64,000 bases of DNA from Vicinamibacteria bacterium. Lineage in GTDB: Bacteria; Acidobacteriota; Vicinamibacteria; Vicinamibacterales; UBA8438. Shown piece after piece: positions 46,688 to 55,905 of this stretch. The position numbers were made by a program, and so were the translations under genes. The notes under the pieces are model-generated. The model ran no database searches. It was not told where the DNA came from and worked only from the letters and a program-made list of their open reading frames with translations. The first letter of the stretch is position 1. Every line of letters begins with the position of its first letter. The stretch covers positions 6,463 to 70,462 of the forward strand of contig CAUZIB010000005.1 in assembly GCA_963579735.1 (NCBI GenBank), read 5' to 3'.

Positions 46688-48178
46688 ATGCTTGAACCTC
46701 GCGATATACGCGCTTACATCGATAAGCACCGCACCCGTCGCCAGAGTAACAAGGTCCTCCACGGCCATCCGTCGCCTGGTTTCTGGAACGACCGCGACGT
46801 GCAGGTGACGGAGATCATGCGACAACGCGCGGAATCCAGCGCGACCGCCCCAAAGCGGCTCAACCTTTACGTCGGCACTCCATATTGTTTACCCACCGAG
46901 CCCGACCGGTGTGGATTCTGTCTGTTTCCCAGCGAGGTGTATAAAGACCGGCGTCAACTCGACGTCTATCTCACATACTTGCGCAAAGAAGGAGAGCTGT
47001 TCCGCCGTCATCTCGAAGGTGTGGAGTTGGCCAGTATCTATTTCGGCGGAGGCACGTCCAATCTCTACAACGCGGACCAATACGCCGAGCTCATGAGTGT
47101 CGTCGGTGAGGTCTTTGAGATCCCACCGCAGATCGAGGTCACGCTGGAGGGCATTCCGCAGACATTTACCCACGACAAGCTCGCGGCAATGAAAGCCTGC
47201 GGTATCAACCGCATCAGTATGGGAGTGCAGCAGGTCGACGATGAGCTCATAAAGGCCAGCGGACGTCGTCAGAAATCGAGCCAGGTCTTTCGAACGATCG
47301 CGTCCTGTCAGGAGCTCGGTCTGCCCATCAGCGTCGATCTCATCTTCGGGTGGCCGAACCAGACGGTCGACCATATGCTGAGAGACTTGGCTGCCGTGGT
47401 CGCGACTGGTATCAGCCACATCACGCACTATGAGCTCAACGTCGCAGGGCGCACCGATTTCTCCAGACGGCGACGCGACGCACTCCCATCCATCGAGCAA
47501 AACCTCGAGATGTATCGGCTCGGAAAAGAGTTTCTCGAATCGAAGGGGTATCACCAAGTCACACCCTACGACTTCGAGCGACCGTCCGACACCCACGACA
47601 GTAGCTACCTTTACGAGGAATTGTTCCGTCGGCCGCTCCGGGCGGAGCGAGGTCAGCTTCTGGGCTTTGATGCCTGGGGTTGGGGATATGCGGGCATCTC
47701 GTTCTTCTTTGGCGCGCCGACGTCACCCGGGTGGGCGTATATCAATCAGATACACATTGACGACTACTACCGAGACCTGGACAAGGAACACTACCCGGTG
47801 ATGAGGGGGTTTCGCTACTCAGAAGCGGACCTGCGACTGCACCTGCTCTTTCAAGAGCTGCAGGGGCTGTCTATCGACCGGACCGAACATGCAGCGATCT
47901 TTGGTCGAGATGTCGTGCAGGACTTCCAGCCAATCTGGGATGTCCTCGAGGAGCGCGGTTGGGCCCGGGTGGACAACGTCGCGGTCTCAATTACTGGCGA
48001 CGGCGTCTTTCACCTTCCGCTCGTGCAGAACCTTCTGGCCCGCGAACGAACCGAGGATATGCGTCGGCAGCGGAAAATGGCGGAGACCGGTCTGGGGCCG
48101 TTGGCAGGCGTTGCAAGCGGTATTGTCCCCGAGACCGGGCGACCCCCTGCATCTGCACCGGCCGCCCGCGTGCTCTGA
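46688..48178 (+). CDS. HemN-like radical SAM protein (coproporphyrinogen dehydrogenase family)
   Basis: LYVGTPYCLPTEPDRCGFC cluster region, GGGTSN, and a HemN_C-like C-terminus. The start is uncertain. Confidence 0.75.
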   Translation: MLEPRDIRAYIDKHRTRRQSNKVLHGHPSPGFWNDRDVQVTEIMRQRAESSATAPKRLNLYVGTPYCLPTEPDRCGFCLFPSEVYKDRRQLDVYLTYLRKEGELFRRHLEGVELASIYFGGGTSNLYNADQYAELMSVVGEVFEIPPQIEVTLEGIPQTFTHDKLAAMKACGINRISMGVQQVDDELIKASGRRQKSSQVFRTIASCQELGLPISVDLIFGWPNQTVDHMLRDLAAVVATGISHITHYELNVAGRTDFSRRRRDALPSIEQNLEMYRLGKEFLESKGYHQVTPYDFERPSDTHDSSYLYEELFRRPLRAERGQLLGFDAWGWGYAGISFFFGAPTSPGWAYINQIHIDDYYRDLDKEHYPVMRGFRYSEADLRLHLLFQELQGLSIDRTEHAAIFGRDVVQDFQPIWDVLEERGWARVDNVAVSITGDGVFHLPLVQNLLARERTEDMRRQRKMAETGLGPLAGVASGIVPETGRPPASAPAARVL

Positions 48179-48220
48179 CCAGCGCTGCGCGCCGGCCTCG
48201 CAACACAGCGAAGTCGGCGG

Positions 48221-49066
48221 TCAGACGCGGCCCCGAGCTATCTGCAGCATGCGTTGTGCCGCGGCGATAACCGGCCGTTCGATAAGCTGACCATCGACCA
48301 GCAGGACACCCCCCTGGTTGTTCTCATAGGCCGCAACAATACGGGTGGCCCACGCGACCTCGGTGGCGGCGGGTGTAAAGGCCTGCTGAATCACCGGCAC
48401 TTGCGTGGGATGAATCGCCGCCTTCCCCCCAAACCCGAGCCTCCGGGAGCGCGCGCTCTCGTCGGCCAGCGTTCCAAGCGCGGGTACGTCCATATACGGA
48501 GTATCGAGCGCGCTCACGCCGGCGATGGCGCAGGCCAGAACAACCTCGGACCGGGCGTGTAGCAGGCTATCCCATTCGACAGCACACCCGACGTCGGCCG
48601 AAAAGTCGATGGCTCCAAAGAAGAGTGCCGAAATGCTCTCCGAAGCGACGGCAATATCCCGGGCCATCGCCACCCCCGCCGCGGTCTCTATCTGGACGAT
48701 GAGCGGAATCTCGCCGACGGTCCGGGCGACCTCGACCACTTCGGCCGGACCGGACACTTTTGGCAGCATGAGGGCGTCGGGACCAGCGCCGGCTCCGACG
48801 AGCGCGACCACGGCGGCCAGATCACGTTGTCCGAGTGCATCCTTTGTGTCATTGATCCGGAGGACCACCTCGGCCTCGGTCGGCACGCGCTCCGACAACA
48901 GCCGCCGCGCTTTGTCGCGGGCGTCGTCCTTGGCGCCAAACCCGACCCCGTCTTCCAAGTCGAGACAGACTGAGTCAACGCCAGTCGCCAACGCTTTTGG
49001 ATAACGATCGGGGCGAACCGCCGGGACAAACAGCAGGGAGCGACGGTGGCGAAATGTCAAAGTCAT
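48221..49066 (-). CDS. HpcH/CitE-like acyl-CoA lyase (citramalyl/malyl-CoA lyase-like)
   Basis: RRSLLFVPAVRPDRYPKAL...VCLDLEDGV and MLPKV motifs. The start overlaps the upstream stop (TGATG). Confidence 0.8.
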   Translation of the reverse strand: MTLTFRHRRSLLFVPAVRPDRYPKALATGVDSVCLDLEDGVGFGAKDDARDKARRLLSERVPTEAEVVLRINDTKDALGQRDLAAVVALVGAGAGPDALMLPKVSGPAEVVEVARTVGEIPLIVQIETAAGVAMARDIAVASESISALFFGAIDFSADVGCAVEWDSLLHARSEVVLACAIAGVSALDTPYMDVPALGTLADESARSRRLGFGGKAAIHPTQVPVIQQAFTPAATEVAWATRIVAAYENNQGGVLLVDGQLIERPVIAAAQRMLQIARGRV

Positions 49067-50493
49067 CACGCGTCCGCGGTGGTCGCGGGCGCTGAGGCCG
49101 CCACCGACGCCGATGGCGGCGCGGTAGATGTCACCCCGGTGCTGGGCGGCAAAAGCGACGCAGTCAACCGGCCCACCGAATCGAGCCCCTCGAGCCTTTC
49201 CAGCATAGTCAGCGCCGCCTGCGCCGACTCGTCCGACAGAACCCGACCCGCGCACTGCCGAAATTTCGCCCAGCGCTCGTCATCGCTCGGCGGACGGTCA
49301 GGATAGCCACGGGCGCCGGTCACGGCCCGCGTAAAGGACTGCCCGTCGGTCATCCGCACGTGGATCAGGGCCTGAGTCAGCGGCGGAACCTCGACTCCCA
49401 GGGTCTCATCGACACGCATGGTCACGCGCTCCACGAGGCGACGAATCTCCGGCTCGGTGACACTGGCCCGCTCGAAGGTTTCGATCCCGACGACGCCCCG
49501 GACGAGGGCCGCCGCCGCGCAAAAGTGCAAACTGAATTTCCCTTCCAGGCCGGTCTCGGGACGGTCATACACCAGAACGGTCGGCACCACCGGGTCTACG
49601 GCGATCTCGACGCTCTCGACCAGCGCCGGGTCAATGTCGTGCTCGCGCTTCAGATCGACCAGCGTATCGATGGTCGGATGCGTCGCGGCACACGAGGGAT
49701 AGAGTTTCATGGTGATACCGCCCTCGACGATCTCCCAGACCGCCCCGAGCATCTGCAGCGAGTCGGTCATATCTGTCCCGCTACTTTGCATGGCCATCAG
49801 GAAGCCCTGCGGGCCGTCGATCGCCGCGTCGGCTGCCGTCAGGCCGCGCGCAGCGAGCTGGCTTGCAAGCACCCCATTCCGAGCCGCGAGACCGACCTGG
49901 AGCGGCTTGACCATCGTGCCAAAGTTGGCCTTGACACCCGAAGCCTCCGACGCCGCAATCGACAAGGCTCGTGCGCTGTAAGTCGTATCCAGCCCTTGAA
50001 TGCGGGCGACGGTCGCGGCCGCGGCGACCGTGCCAATCGTCGATGTGCAGTGCCATCCATTTTCGTAGTGACGCGGGTTCATCACGCGGCCCAATGCCGC
50101 CGCCACCTCAAACCCCACCACGTAGCCTTCGAGCAAGCGACGACCGGTCGCACCCTGCACCTCCGCTGCGGCGAGACCGGCCGCAACGAGCGGCGCACTC
50201 GGGTGCGCCATGGTGACCCAACACATGTCATCAAAGTCCAAGGCATGAGCGGCGGCGCCGTTGGCCAGTGCCGCCCACGCCGCCGAGGTCTCCCGCGTCG
50301 TCCCGACAATCCTGGCCGGCCCGATCGGTGTCTCGTGCTGAGCCTGTGACTGCAAGGTCGTTGAGACCGACTCGTTCACCCCGGCCAGCGCCACACCTAC
50401 TGTGTCTTGCACTGCGACGCGCGCCCGGACGAGCGCCGCGTCGGGCACCTCGACGGTTGCCACAAACTCGCCCAACGCCACGGCCGCAGTCAT
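49066..50493 (-). CDS. MmgE/PrpD family protein
   Basis: Family-typical N-terminus ...QDTVGVALAG, DFDD and a C-terminal MmgE_PrpD_C domain. Confidence 0.8.
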   Translation of the reverse strand: MTAAVALGEFVATVEVPDAALVRARVAVQDTVGVALAGVNESVSTTLQSQAQHETPIGPARIVGTTRETSAAWAALANGAAAHALDFDDMCWVTMAHPSAPLVAAGLAAAEVQGATGRRLLEGYVVGFEVAAALGRVMNPRHYENGWHCTSTIGTVAAAATVARIQGLDTTYSARALSIAASEASGVKANFGTMVKPLQVGLAARNGVLASQLAARGLTAADAAIDGPQGFLMAMQSSGTDMTDSLQMLGAVWEIVEGGITMKLYPSCAATHPTIDTLVDLKREHDIDPALVESVEIAVDPVVPTVLVYDRPETGLEGKFSLHFCAAAALVRGVVGIETFERASVTEPEIRRLVERVTMRVDETLGVEVPPLTQALIHVRMTDGQSFTRAVTGARGYPDRPPSDDERWAKFRQCAGRVLSDESAQAALTMLERLEGLDSVGRLTASLLPPSTGVTSTAPPSASVAASAPATTADA

Positions 50494-50556
50494 CGCGCTC
50501 TCTCCTTGTCGGCCGCACCGACCTTCGCCGCCCGCCGCCGTCCCATCGGGCGTCTC

Positions 50557-51972
50557 TTAGTTCCCATAGAACCGCGCCATCTCCTCGAGGCGTCGCTGGA
50601 TCTCTTCCTCGGGAAACCAGCGTCCGTTCACCAGCACGCCGGCTCGGTCGGAAAGGTTGGCGATGTCGTCCAAAGGATTGGCCTGGAGCAACACCAGATC
50701 GGCGCGCTGTCCTACCGCCACGGTCCCCCACTCGTCGGTGGCCTCGAAATACTCGGCCGGTTTGCGGGTGGCGGTCTCGAGCACCTCGTACGGACTCATT
50801 CCAAGCTCGGCGTACAGCGCCATCTCTCGATGCATCGAAAACCCCGGCACGTTAAAAATCTGGGGGGAGTCGGTCCCCAGGGCGATGTTCGCGCCCCCCT
50901 CGTGAAGGGCTTGTAGAATGCGTCGCCGGAGTTCAGCCGCTTGCCGATTAGTCGAGACATCGCTCTCGGCGAGACGGTTGTCAACGGCCTGTTTCCATTC
51001 CTCGACGGTTTCTGGTGGCATATACCTGATCTCGGGACGCTCGGCGCCAGTGTCCGCGGCCGTGCGGTCCCCAAAGAACGCCGTTTCCCAGAGCACCATT
51101 GTCGGGACAACCCACGCATCGGCCGCCACCGTGGCGGAGACAAGCTCGGAAATCAGTGCTGGATCAGTTCGGTCCAGCAACGAGCCAACATCCGTAAGAC
51201 GGGGGAGCTCGGCCGAATCCGTGTCATCGGTCGGGGGAACAAGCGCTTCAACGTAGTTGTCCAGGTGGTCGATCGACCGCTGGCCCGATACCAGGGCGTG
51301 GCGCAGCCCGACCGCATCAGGCACGTGCCCGCCAAAAGGAATGCCGACCTCATTGGCAACACGCGCCAACGCGTCAAAGGCTTCGCGGCTCAGCCCTTCA
51401 TGCACCTTGACCAGGTCATAGCCTGCAACGCTGTACTCGCGGACCCGCTGTTCAGCCTGCTCCGGCGTGGCCACATTGCCACCATTCATGGACACACTGC
51501 CCAGATAGAACCGTGGCCCGACGAGGAGCCCGCGGTCGACTTGGGCCCGCAGCGCGAACTGCGAATCGTCACCCTGCATCCCGCGCACCGTGGTCACGCC
51601 ATTGGCGAGATAGAGAAACAAGAGGTTCTTGATGTCGATATCTGACATCCGCGGGGGTGGTAAATGACCGTGCATCTCGGTCAATCCAGGGATGACATAG
51701 AGGCCGTCCCCATCAATGACCTCGACACCCTCCTCTGGCCCAATGTCGTCAGCGCTGCCGATCGCGGTGATCCGGCCAGCCTCGACGACGACCACCTGCC
51801 CCTCGAGCGCTCTCTCGCTGTCCATCGGAAGCACCGTGACGTCGACGATGGCGAGATCGCCGGACACGAGCGTCTCAGGACCGCCGCAAGCGCCCACGAA
51901 CGCCAGAGAAAACACAAACGCCACAAATGGCCCGTATCGAACGTCACGCATGCGAGACTCCCGGAGCTTCAA
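50557..51972 (-). CDS. Amidohydrolase family protein, exported/lipoprotein
   Basis: AFVGACGG lipobox, GLTEMHGH metal-binding motif, and an ALGTDS...(D) C-terminal motif. Confidence 0.75.
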   Translation of the reverse strand: MKLRESRMRDVRYGPFVAFVFSLAFVGACGGPETLVSGDLAIVDVTVLPMDSERALEGQVVVVEAGRITAIGSADDIGPEEGVEVIDGDGLYVIPGLTEMHGHLPPPRMSDIDIKNLLFLYLANGVTTVRGMQGDDSQFALRAQVDRGLLVGPRFYLGSVSMNGGNVATPEQAEQRVREYSVAGYDLVKVHEGLSREAFDALARVANEVGIPFGGHVPDAVGLRHALVSGQRSIDHLDNYVEALVPPTDDTDSAELPRLTDVGSLLDRTDPALISELVSATVAADAWVVPTMVLWETAFFGDRTAADTGAERPEIRYMPPETVEEWKQAVDNRLAESDVSTNRQAAELRRRILQALHEGGANIALGTDSPQIFNVPGFSMHREMALYAELGMSPYEVLETATRKPAEYFEATDEWGTVAVGQRADLVLLQANPLDDIANLSDRAGVLVNGRWFPEEEIQRRLEEMARFYGN

Positions 51973-51983
51973 GAATAGTGTCC

Positions 51984-52493
51984 TTAGGGACTCAGACTGG
52001 GTGGGTTTACACGAGCCGTCTCCGGCACGTGGCCGCGTTTGTACACCATGAACGTTCGCTTGAACTCGATGACCGGTGTTCCGTCTTGATTGAATCCGAC
52101 GGTCTTGACTCTCACGATGCCGACGTTCGGCCGCGACTTCGATTCGCGTATGCTCAAGACCTCGCTCTGGGAATAAATTGTATCGCCCTCGAAGACCGGA
52201 TTCGGGAGCCGCACCTCATCCCACCCGAGATTGGCCATCACGTTGAGACTCAAGTCGATGACGGACTGCCCCGTGACGAGGGCCAGCGTAAAGGTTGAAT
52301 CGACGAGCGGCTTCCCAAACTCGGTCTTGGCCGCGTAGGCGTGGTCAAAATGAATAGGGTTGCTGTTCTGCGTGAGCAGCGTGAACCAGATATTGTCAGC
52401 AGTGATCACCGTACGCCCCAGGGGGTGCCGATACACGTCACCGACCTCAAAGTCTTCATACACACGACCGGTCCAGCCCTCTTTCACTGTCAT
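51984..52493 (-). CDS. MaoC-like (R)-specific enoyl-CoA hydratase/dehydratase
   Basis: Start MTVKEGWTGRVYEDFEVGDVY; hot-dog fold motifs NPIHFD. Confidence 0.8.
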   Translation of the reverse strand: MTVKEGWTGRVYEDFEVGDVYRHPLGRTVITADNIWFTLLTQNSNPIHFDHAYAAKTEFGKPLVDSTFTLALVTGQSVIDLSLNVMANLGWDEVRLPNPVFEGDTIYSQSEVLSIRESKSRPNVGIVRVKTVGFNQDGTPVIEFKRTFMVYKRGHVPETARVNPPSLSP

Positions 52494-52503
52494 CGCTTTC
52501 CTC

Positions 52504-53682
52504 TCACACAATTCCCCGGGCCCGCCAGGCGGCAATGGTCGAGGGATCGTAGCCTAGCTGGGTCAAGATCGTCTCCGTGTGCTCGCCAACCGCGGGAATC
52601 GGGTCCATCCGAGGCTCGACCCCCGCCAGACCATCAGGTGGCAAGAGCGCCCGGATCGGTCCTACCGGGGAACCAACCTCACGCCAACGGTCGCGTGCCG
52701 CAAGTTGCGGATGCTCCGCAAACTGCGCGACGGTGTTGAGCCGTCCATGCGCAATCCGGGCGGTGTCCAGCCGTCGCACGGCCTCGTCGACCGGGAGCGC
52801 GGCAAACACAGCGGCCACCATGCCGTCCACCTCATCGCGGCGCGCGACCCGCCGCGGATTGGACGAAAATCGTTCGTCGGACGCAAGCGCGGAACGTAGC
52901 AGCACATGCTCGCAAAAGGCGGCCCACTCTCGCTCGTTCTGAATACCCAAATAGACGACATCGCCACCCGCGGTGGTAAAGGGTCCATACGGTGCTATTG
53001 CCGCGTGACGAGCCGCGGCCCGGGTCGGCGCCGCACCACCGTAGGTCGTGTAGTACAGGGGATAGCCCATCCACTCCCCGAGCGCCTCGAGCATCGACAC
53101 CTCGAGTACTGTCCCCACTCCCGTGTTCGACCGCGTAATGAGGGCGGTCAAGATACCCGTCAAGGCATACATCCCGGCCGCAATATCGGCGACCGAGACT
53201 CCCACCTTCGCCGGCTCCTCCGTCGAACCGGTGATTGACACCAAACCAGATTCGGCCTGGACCAGAAGGTCGTACGCCTTGTGGTCACGGAAGGGACCAG
53301 TCGAGCCATAGCCAGAGATTCCGCACACGATCAGGCGTGGATACCGTGCGCGGAGTGCGTCGTTGCCAAGACCCAGCCGCTCCGTCGCCCCCGGAGCCAG
53401 GTTCTGCAGGAAGACGTCCGCGCCCTCCAGGAGACGCGAGACGACCTCCCGACCCTCTCGACGCTTCATATCGAGCGTCAGCGATTCCTTTGACCGGTTG
53501 AGCCAGACGAAGTGACTCGAGAGACCATTGACGGTCGTGTCGTAGCCCCGGGCAAAGTCACCGACTTCGGGACGCTCGATCTTGATCACGCGCGCACCGC
53601 GGTCCGCAAGCTGTCGGGTGGCAAACGGCGCAGCGACCGCTTGTTCGAGGGCGACGACGGTCACACCGTCGAGCGGTCGCAT
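52504..53682 (-). CDS. Class III (CaiB/BaiF) CoA-transferase
   Basis: MRPLDGVTVVALEQAVAAPFATRQLADRGARVIKIE and a GLxxxGxD-like core. Confidence 0.85.
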   Translation of the reverse strand: MRPLDGVTVVALEQAVAAPFATRQLADRGARVIKIERPEVGDFARGYDTTVNGLSSHFVWLNRSKESLTLDMKRREGREVVSRLLEGADVFLQNLAPGATERLGLGNDALRARYPRLIVCGISGYGSTGPFRDHKAYDLLVQAESGLVSITGSTEEPAKVGVSVADIAAGMYALTGILTALITRSNTGVGTVLEVSMLEALGEWMGYPLYYTTYGGAAPTRAAARHAAIAPYGPFTTAGGDVVYLGIQNEREWAAFCEHVLLRSALASDERFSSNPRRVARRDEVDGMVAAVFAALPVDEAVRRLDTARIAHGRLNTVAQFAEHPQLAARDRWREVGSPVGPIRALLPPDGLAGVEPRMDPIPAVGEHTETILTQLGYDPSTIAAWRARGIV

Positions 53683-53735
53683 CTAGCGCCTTGTCACCAC
53701 GTCAGTGGCCAGTACACGCAACAGGACCCACTCCA

Positions 53736-54911
53736 CTAGAACGAACGCGGCAAGCCCAGGACGTGCTCGCCGATATAAGACAGAATCAGGTTCGTGGAAA
53801 TCGGCGCAACCTGATAGAGCCGGGTTTCCCGAAACTTACGCTCAATGTCGTAGTCTTCCGCAAAGCCGAACCCGCCATAGGTTTGCACTGCGACGTTGGC
53901 CGCTTCCCACGATGCATCTGCCGCCAGAAGCTTGGCCATATTGGCCTCGCTGCCACACGCGGTTCCCGCGTCAAACAGCTCCGCCGCCCGCATACGCATG
54001 AGGTCGGCCGCCTCGATATTGACATGGGCACGCGCGATCGGAAACTGCACGCCTTGGTTCTGCCCAATCGGACGGTCAAAAACGACCCGCTCTTTCGCGT
54101 AGTTACACGCCCGCTCGACAAACCACCGCCCGTCTCCAACACACTCGGCGGCAATCAAGATCCGCTCTGCGTTGAGCCCATCGATGAGATATCGGAACCC
54201 TCGTCCTTCCTCTCCGATCCGGTTCTCTACCGGTACTTCGAGGTCGTCAAAAAACACCTCGGTGGTCGCATGATTCATCATCGTCCGGAGTGGCCGGATT
54301 GTGACACCGTTACCCACCGCGGTGCGAAGGTCGATCAAGAAGACCGACAATCCATCGGTTTTTTTTTTGACCTCTGCGAGCGGTGTCGTCCGCGCGATGA
54401 GTAACATCAGGTCCGAATACTCGGCGCGAGAGATCCACACCTTCTGACCGTTCACCACATACCGATCGCCTTTTCGAACGGCCAGTGTCTTGAGCTGGGT
54501 CGTGTCCGTCCCCGTCGTCGGTTCGGTGACGGCAAACGCCTGCAACCGCAACTCACCGTTGGCGATCTTTGGCAAGAACTCTTGTTTTTGCTCTGGGGAC
54601 CCGTGACGAAGCAGCGTCCCCATGATGTACATCTGGGCGTGACAGGCTCCGGCGTTTCCACCCGCGCGGTTGACCTCTTCGAGAATGATCGAGGCCTCCA
54701 TGACGCCCAGACCAGCGCCGCCGTAATCTTCGGGAATCAAGGCTGCGAGATAGCCCGCTTCGGTCAGCGTCCGAACAAACTTCTCGGGATAGGCGCGGTC
54801 AGCGTCGAGCTCTCGCCAATAGCTGTCCGGAAATCCGCGACACAGCTCAGCGACACTTCGACGCAGGTCTTGGTGAAGTTCGTGGTGAGGCTCAGCGCTC
54901 GATACACCCAT
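53736..54911 (-). CDS. Acyl-CoA dehydrogenase
   Basis: Start MGVSSAEPHH; AFAVTEPTTGTD, YVVNGQKVWIS and a C-terminal QTYGGFGF...E. The upstream 244 codons of the ORF-track frame are antisense to dam and were discarded. Confidence 0.85.
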   Translation of the reverse strand: MGVSSAEPHHELHQDLRRSVAELCRGFPDSYWRELDADRAYPEKFVRTLTEAGYLAALIPEDYGGAGLGVMEASIILEEVNRAGGNAGACHAQMYIMGTLLRHGSPEQKQEFLPKIANGELRLQAFAVTEPTTGTDTTQLKTLAVRKGDRYVVNGQKVWISRAEYSDLMLLIARTTPLAEVKKKTDGLSVFLIDLRTAVGNGVTIRPLRTMMNHATTEVFFDDLEVPVENRIGEEGRGFRYLIDGLNAERILIAAECVGDGRWFVERACNYAKERVVFDRPIGQNQGVQFPIARAHVNIEAADLMRMRAAELFDAGTACGSEANMAKLLAADASWEAANVAVQTYGGFGFAEDYDIERKFRETRLYQVAPISTNLILSYIGEHVLGLPRSF

Positions 54912-54947
54912 CAGAAAGGCACATGGTATCATCCGGCCGGTCCTGTG

Positions 54948-55874
54948 ATGAGTGTCCCGCCTGTGCGTCCACCGCTGAAATGGGCCGGTGGAAAGCGACA
55001 GCTGTTGCCACAAATCCGCCGCTTCTACCCACTTGATTTTGGCGCATATCTCGAGCCTTTTGTGGGCAGCGGTGCGGTCTTTTTCGACCTGTACAACCAG
55101 GGTCTTCTTCGCCAACGCCGAGCGGTGTTGCTCGATACCAATACCGATTTGGTTGGGTGTTACCTCGCCATCCGCGATGACCTCCACGGAGTGATCGACG
55201 CCCTCGAACAGTTGACCGCCGGCCACCGAGCAAACGCCAGCACACACTACTACGACGTGCGAGACCGGCGATTCAACCCGGCGCGCCTCGCCATCCACAA
55301 CGACCGTGGACCGGACGAGACGCGATACTCCGCGTCCGTCGCCGCCATGTTGATCTACCTCAACCGCACTGGGTTCAACGGGCTCTTTCGGCTGAATTCC
55401 GACGGCCGGTTCAACGTGCCAATTGGTCGCTACCAGAATCCTCGGATCTGCGACCCAGACAATTTGAAGGCTGTGGCGACCGCGCTGCGCGACAACGTGA
55501 CGCTCGAAACCGCGCCCTTCGAGTCGGTGCTCGAGCGAGCGGTGGAGGGCGACTTCGTCTATCTCGACCCGCCATACGCCCCCCTGAGCCCGACCGCTCA
55601 GTTCACCTCGTATACGGCGACCCGGTTCTCCACTGAAGACCAAGAACGCGTGCGCCAGGTCGTCATAGCCCTCGCCAAACGACGATGCTGGGTGCTCCTC
55701 AGCAATTCAACGGCTCCTGAGATTCGTCGTCTCTACGACGACAATGCGGAAGCACGTGCCGCGGGTCTTCAGGCCCACAAAGTGCCGGCGCGACGCGTGA
55801 TCAATTCAGACCCCGCCAAACGCGGCGACGTCCAGGAGTATCTCATTACGAACATTTGCCGCCAGAGCGAATAA
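54948..55874 (+). CDS. dam: DNA adenine methyltransferase (D12 class, Dam family)
   Basis: Internal start MSVPPVRPPLKWAGGKRQLL, EPFVGSGAVFF (SAM site), DPPY catalytic motif. Confidence 0.85.
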   Translation: MSVPPVRPPLKWAGGKRQLLPQIRRFYPLDFGAYLEPFVGSGAVFFDLYNQGLLRQRRAVLLDTNTDLVGCYLAIRDDLHGVIDALEQLTAGHRANASTHYYDVRDRRFNPARLAIHNDRGPDETRYSASVAAMLIYLNRTGFNGLFRLNSDGRFNVPIGRYQNPRICDPDNLKAVATALRDNVTLETAPFESVLERAVEGDFVYLDPPYAPLSPTAQFTSYTATRFSTEDQERVRQVVIALAKRRCWVLLSNSTAPEIRRLYDDNAEARAAGLQAHKVPARRVINSDPAKRGDVQEYLITNICRQSE

Positions 55875-55905
55875 GTTTATTGGTGCCGCCTGTTCTTTTT
55901 GTTGA

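Noticed and set aside
53736-55643. 635-aa ORF-track call for the acyl-CoA dehydrogenase frame, and 430-aa call 54582-55874 for the dam frame
   Set aside because: The N-terminal extensions are mutually antisense and show no family similarity. Family-typical N-termini begin at 54911 (MGVSSAEP...) and 54948 (MSVPPVRPPLKWAGGK...).
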